A stretch of 39,124 nucleotides of DNA from Octopus bimaculoides. Lineage: Eukaryota. A program made the translations under genes and the position numbers. Shown one piece after another: positions 33,160 through 39,124 of the stretch; the stretch's first letter is position 1, and every line of letters begins with the position of its first letter. Below the pieces are notes generated by a model that worked only from the letters and a program-made list of their open reading frames with translations, did not search any database and was not told where the DNA came from. The DNA lies in contig NC_068984.1 in NCBI RefSeq assembly GCF_001194135.2, positions 131,683,396-131,722,519 on the forward strand, in the 5' to 3' direction.

Positions 33160-34851
33160 TAACATTGGTTAATGTATTTATTTTAATTATTAGAAATTTT
33201 GAAATACACTTTTATTACAGCTCTAAGATGTAAGTAATAATATTAAACTTTCAGCAAAGCATAACTCAACCAGTATATGAACTTATACTATTTTCAGATT
33301 AAACTAATCACTCATTTTTCATGACAACATTACTCCCAAGCAAACTGTATTGTTTGCTGAATCTTATGACACATTACAAGATTCTTTGATCTACTCACGG
33401 TTTCTAATTCTTTTTATATTCTATTTGCTCAATAGTTCTTTATGTATAGTTAACATTAGAATTTGATGTCTCTTGAAGATATTATTTTGAGATCTTGCTT
33501 GGAATGTATAGAGTTAAGAGTATGGAGTAAAGAAAAGTAGCTACAATAGATACAATTGCTACTATACTTTTTAGATTTTAACTTCTCATTTCAGATTTTT
33601 CATAAATTTTAGATTTTATGTTATAGGAATGTTAGAATCTAGTCAAGCAGCTTCTATATTTAACCAAGTCAACTAGCTAATTATTCAACATCCTGAGAGG
33701 ATTGTGTTGTTATATGTTAATCAAAAAAACAAAACATATTTGAAATGTTATTTTAAGATGTTTCATTCTTTGCATAGTCTTTATTTTTTTACATGAGAAA
33801 GTGCTAAAAAAGCTGATATCTGTACTAGATTTCATTTCATACACTAACAGCTACCTTCTAATTTCTGACATTTGTCTAAGGGGATGCATCAGCCCTTTGC
33901 TTTTCTGTTAGGAGGATTAGGTTCACAAAGGAATATATTTTTGTAACTCTTTTTAATGTTGACTTACTGAGGTCATGTGGAACAAATTGTAAAATCATGT
34001 CTAGGATCTATTTGAAAGAGCCTTGCTTTCAAATGTTTGGGTTCATTAATCAAATTGGCACATCATGGAGATAAGATGTTTCATGCTTAATTGGATTAAT
34101 AAGGACTAGGTCTTGCTTTTTCCTTATGAAAGATTTTTGCATTTCTTCAATCTTTCTGCTGGCTTTTATGTGCAATAATCAGGCATCATATTCTGCTTCA
34201 TTTTTGTCTTTGCATAAGAAACGGTTTGTATCTAGAAATGTAAAACAGAAGAGAGTCTAATTTATGGTATTCTTGATAAAGATAATCATGAGAAAAATAC
34301 ATTATCTTTAAATTTGAAAAATCTCAAATCGCATTAACAAATATTTATGTGGTTAAAAGGATTATAGAAGCAAAGTGTTTTATAAACATATGATCACAAA
34401 ATAGATGAAATGTATGAGATATTCAGTATTGTTATTGGGTGAAAATGTATTGGATCTAGTAATAATGAGGAAATGTACTACATTTAGTAGTAATGAGAAT
34501 AAAAGTACTTACAGGAAAGGTGATTTTCTTTAATCAGTATTTCTGAAATAATGAATTACTATTGCTATGATCTCAAGACAGCTTTATAAATCCCTATCAC
34601 AAAGATGTAACTGCTGTGGACTAACATGTTTTATCAAAATATCATTGAGAATTAGCATGAAGAAGATTAGTGTGGATTGAAACTGATGAGTGAAAAACTT
34701 GATTGATTCTATTCTTTCTGTTAATTTTAGTTCTGAGTCAGCTGAAACCAGATTTATGCACTAGAATTATTTACTAATAGGTGTTTGTAGGGGCATTTTT
34801 TTGTTGTTCTTGTTGTTGTTGTCAACATGTGTAATAATGTAGCTCACAAAC

Positions 34852-37131
34852 TTTTATATCCTTCTGTACATTGGATATAGAGATTTCATGAAGCGGGCAT
34901 AGATGCAACTGTCTTCACATGATGTACTTCAAATTACTCCAATAAATACAAGTTCTCAGTGACTTCCTACGACTTCCACGAACTCTTAATGACTCCTACA
35001 GCTTCTCATCTCAACCAATACGCTACTCTTTATAAAAGTTTGGCTAGTCCATTCTTCCAATCCCACGAGGGTTTCAATGACTCTTGCCACATCTCCCTGT
35101 TTGAGATTTACTTCCTAGGGAAGTTTAATATTTCTTCCATTTAGGAACTACTTCCAATTGTTCTGTTTGTTTCCTCTTTCTTGTGTTGCTAAGCCTAAGT
35201 TCGACATCTTGTGGAGTTGGGACATCAAAAGTGTCGTAGAGCTCTTCCATAGGTATCTCTTGTCTTTTGTGTTCCCATTTGTCGCCTCTTATACATGTCA
35301 TTTTGCCTATTCATTTTGTTACTACTCCGTCTTCCCAACCTTCTCTTCCATTTTTATATATTTTGAAAAACACCTTGTCACCAATATTAAAATACTTTGT
35401 CATATTTTTAATGGTTTCCCTATTTGATTTTCTTACTGGTAACAACTTGTCAAAAATTGACTTTATTTTATGAGCAAACATTAGTTCTGCAGACGACTTG
35501 CCTTAACAAGTGTTTGGGTTTGGTGTTATCCTATAAACCCTCAAGAATTGTGTCAATGTTGCGTCATCAACTAGCTCATTTCTTGATTTCTTTAATGCCC
35601 TTCTAAATGTATCCACAAACCATTCCACTTACCCATTTGATCTTGGGTGACCTGGCTGAGTAGAGATGTGTTCAATTGCGTACATTTTGCAAAAATTTAA
35701 ACTCATACACTGCAAAGAGTTCATGAAGAAATTCTATTGTTACTGTAGAGGTTGGTTTCCTACATCTGCATATTTCCATCTACTTACTATAACTATCTAC
35801 TACAATCAAGTAACATGCACCATTTACTGGTCCAGCAAAATCTATATGAAGCCTGGTCCATGGACTGTCGGTTTTAGGGCATGCTTGGAATTTTACCAGT
35901 GGTGACTTGGCTGCAAGGGCACAACTTCTGCAGTATTTCACCAACTCTTCAAAGTCACAGTTTATTGCAGGCCAATATACATAATCTCTCATTAGTGATT
36001 TCATTCTCAAAATCCCTGGGTGACCAATATGAAATTCCTTTAATAAATGCTTTTGTAGTGCAGCTGGCAATACAACTCTTTGTACATATATCAACACATT
36101 GTCACAGTGAGAAATGGCTCACATTTGTGTTGTGCATATTTTTATTGTCTTTAGCCTTCAGTGTGTCTTTCATTTTTATAATGAATTTATCATTCTCCAA
36201 TTTTGCTTTTATGTTTGCTAACGTAACTGGCAGTTCACAAATGACATTGCACAAAACATTTTTAATTTCATTTTCCACTCGCAAAGCGGCAATCACAGTA
36301 TCTGCAAATGGTTATGCATTTTTAAAAATCAGTCTTGATAGACAACCTGCAAGGCTTAATTTCTTGGATGGTACGTACTTCATCTTGAAATTGTAGTTTA
36401 ATAATATCATAGCCCAGTGTATTGAACAGGAAACTTCTCTCACTGAAAATTTTCAATAACAATTTGTTTCATCGAAACATGTATTTTTTGGCAGAATATA
36501 GTTATAGTATTTTTCGTGTTCGGCAGAGGGATAATCTTCTTAAAAGTAGTCGTACCTTTTCATTATCCATCCAGTTTTTGCATTCCTCTTAGAAGATTTC
36601 TTCATATCTTCAGAAATATGCAGAAAAAGTAATACCTTTTTTTGGGGTTATAACTAAATTCTGCAATTGTGTTTGCTACGCCATCTGGCGAGCATGAACT
36701 GAAGTATTTTTGGACTTTAACATTAATTCCAGCAACTGTTGGTATTGTTGTTGTTGTAATTGCTGCTGTAACTGCTGTTGTAACTGCACTACGGAGGCTA
36801 ATAAATCTTCAATGTTAACTAACTTTTCTTTGATTTTGTATCAAACCTCTGATGTAAGCTTTGAATAAACTCGTCGCCACTTTTTTTATCCTTCTATACA
36901 TTGGATATACAGATTCCATGAAGCGGGGATAGACACAACTGTCTTCACCCAACAGACTTCAAGTTATTCCACGAAACATGATACTCCAATAAATACAAAC
37001 TCTCAACAACTTCCACAAACTCTCAACTACTCCTATGACTTCTTGTATCAACCAATATGCTACTCTTTATAAGAGTTCGGCTAGTGCATTTTTCCAATCA
37101 CATACAGGTGTCAATGACTTGCACCACAACA
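34852..37131 (-). mobile_element. Internally deleted Ty3/Gypsy LTR retrotransposon
   Basis: LTRs 34852-35091 and 36882-37131; PBS TGGCGACGAG (36879-36870); PPT AAACAGGGAGA (35102-35092); TSD caaac (34847-34851, 37132-37136); gag remnant, end of RNase H and integrase. Confidence 0.9.
35780..36097 (-). pseudogene. Gypsy integrase fragment (HHCC zinc-binding domain and first catalytic Asp)
   Basis: HIGHPGI.RMKSL...YVYWP...C..C...PWTRLHIDFAGP...IVVDSYSK. Confidence 0.9.
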
Positions 37132-37177
37132 CAAACAAGTTACTGTATTTATGTGGTGCAAGATGGGCGATTTAGAT

Positions 37178-37850
37178 CAGTGATTTTCAACATTTATTTC
37201 TCTTATGTTGGTCTACTTTTTTTAACCCAAATTACTTCTGTATCCACCCCACCTGCTGCCATTAGTTGGCAAAACATTTTACTATTTGCAACATGTATTA
37301 ACCACAGTTGTATCTCATAGATTCAAAATGTTTGTATTAGATTACAAACACAACCATTTCCATATTAGCAAAAGAAAATTCATAAGGACTGTCACAAGTT
37401 ATCTCTAATAATGTGTATTTTACTTACCAAAAAGAAAGAAAATTATTAGAAATATAGATATATAATAAAAATACTTTTATAATTGTTACCTGAGCATTGT
37501 GACTTATGCAAACCTGCAAGCTTTTCAATATCTGGCTGCAATGTTCTTTGTGACAAATGGAGATCATTTCTCTTTACAATGTCAAGGTAGTTGCAAGCTT
37601 TTGACAGTAGACATGTTACCTGGCTAAAGCAAGATTCAATAAGAAATGAAGTGGGAAAAGCAATAATATACATTGTTACTTTTTCCTAGAAAGTAGAAGC
37701 TTCTGAGCAATTTCTCTTTTTCATAAATTATACTAAGTTGTTTCTTTGTCAACATGAATTCATTTAGCCCCAATTGGATCCAATACCCAACCTGGAACAC
37801 ACATCTTTTGCAAGTCATGTATTTCTGCTTCGCCAAAAAGTGAAGTTAAT
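37178..37850 (-). mobile_element. hAT (Buster/Charlie-type) transposon 3' part with dimerisation-domain remnant
   Basis: ORF 37446..37673 FPTSFLIESCFS...LLSK...LDI.K..DLHL....LQPDIEKL; terminus CAGTGATTTTCAAC at 37178 preceded by atttagat (nnnTAnnn). Confidence 0.7.
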
Positions 37851-38794
37851 GGACTGGTTGATTAAGAGATAGAAATCATTTTTGGAAGAACTTGAATTTA
37901 CACAGGAATTTAGAAATAAAAGTGCTTTGGAAAACATACAAAATTACTAGCTCATCTAATTCATTACATCATAGAAAAAAAACATTGAATCAATATTATG
38001 CTAATATCATTCAGATATACTTCATAGGTGTTTGAATCGTGTATAATGTTTGTTAAGGAGTAATATAGTCAGTCCTTATAGTTGTAGTTCATTACTGATG
38101 GGAAATAAGTCATAAACAAAATGAAGTCACACGATAAAAATTGTTAATCAAAGAAAAACTGTACCTACAGCCAGCCATGTTTCTTATAGAGTATTTAGAG
38201 GGAAAACTGGAGAAATTTGAAATGCTACAATACAATAGTTATTTATAGTAGATCTACAGCCTCTGATTCTGACACTATCCCCTTCATTAATTCCAAACAA
38301 CATATACCAGAACAAGCTCCTGTCCTCACCACACTTTTCAATCTCCCCCCCCTCTCTCTCTCTCTCTCAAAATATTTCAATCTTTGGAAATACTACAGTA
38401 TTTATCATTTTCAAGCAGGGCAACCTTTCTGGCCCCGCTAAGCACCGCCTTCAAGTATAATGCTTGGCAAGATCAGAGTGGTCACCCCCTTCATTTTAAA
38501 GATGATGGAAACAGCTCTTAACTACAAAACTTCTGACACCTTGAAATTCTCTTCCTCTTTGATTACCAGTACAGCTTTCACAAAGTCAGATCTATTGGAG
38601 ATCTTTTCTTCTGTGTCATTTCTGTTCCCCACTCTCTATCTGATACACTTCTTTTTATAATACTTCTTCTCTTCCACCTTTCTCGGCATTGTCACTAATT
38701 TCTCTTTCCATATTCCAGTAGCTTGACAGAAAGTGTTTGAAATAAACAAACCAAACAAGAGTAATGTGATTTGATTCTTTATATACATAGATAT

Positions 38795-39124
38795 CATCAT
38801 CATCGTTTAACGTCCGCTTTCCATGCTAGCATGGGTTGGACGATTTGACTGAGGACTGGTGAAACCGGATGGCAACACCAGGCTCCAGTCTGATTTGGCA
38901 GAGTTTCTACAGCTGGATGCCCTTCCTAACGCCAACCACTCAGAGAGTGTAGTGGGTGCTTTTACGTGTCACCCGCACGAAAACGGCCACGCTCGAAATG
39001 GTGTCTTTTATGTGCCACCCGCACAAGCCAGTCCAGGGGCACTGGCAACGATCTCGCTCGAAAATCCTACAGGAGCCAGTCAGGCGGTACTGGCAACGGC
39101 CACGCTCAAAATGGTGCATCTCAT
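38795..39124 (-). mobile_element. Young RTE-type 3' tail copy with modular repeats, running off the window
   Basis: CpG-retaining copy of the shared tail; repeated gccagtc...gcactggcaacg modules. Confidence 0.85.

Noticed and set aside
33970-34240. Minus-strand segment with strong acceptor (tttctag) and donor (gtaagt)
   Set aside because: Stops occur in all three frames between the two sites.
38847-38870. CTGAGGA...GAAAC hammerhead-like spacing
   Set aside because: Only 5 nt between the core halves, no stem II, and not conserved in other RTE tails.

Overview
AT-rich eukaryotic, repeat-dense DNA with three assembly gaps (6152-6339, 12134-12771, 31647-31674). The tRNA-derived SINE families, RTE 3' tails ending in (GAT)n and long (TA)n/(CA)n tracts resemble an octopus (coleoid cephalopod) genome; this is an inference. 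No complete host gene is recognisable. Most of the window is decayed mobile DNA: RTE, R4/Dong-type and CRE-type non-LTR fragments, DD37D (maT) and DD34D mariner remnants, a Buster/Charlie-type hAT fragment, a piggyBac-type MITE, many SINEs, and an internally deleted Ty3/Gypsy element with both LTRs, PBS, PPT and a 5-bp TSD (34852-37131). A visibly CpG-richer block (about 9500-15650) carries strong splice signals and may hold promoters and small genes (low confidence). The most striking signal is a set of hammerhead-ribozyme (HHR) motifs of the minimal type I form known from Penelope-like elements, in three unrelated short repeat families. One sits in a 514-bp fold-back element (31479-31992): two head-to-head copies of tRNA head + (AAT)n + HHR-bearing tail, flanked by a 12-bp target-site duplication. 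It looks like a Pol III-driven, ribozyme-carrying, Penelope-mobilised palindromic SINE.
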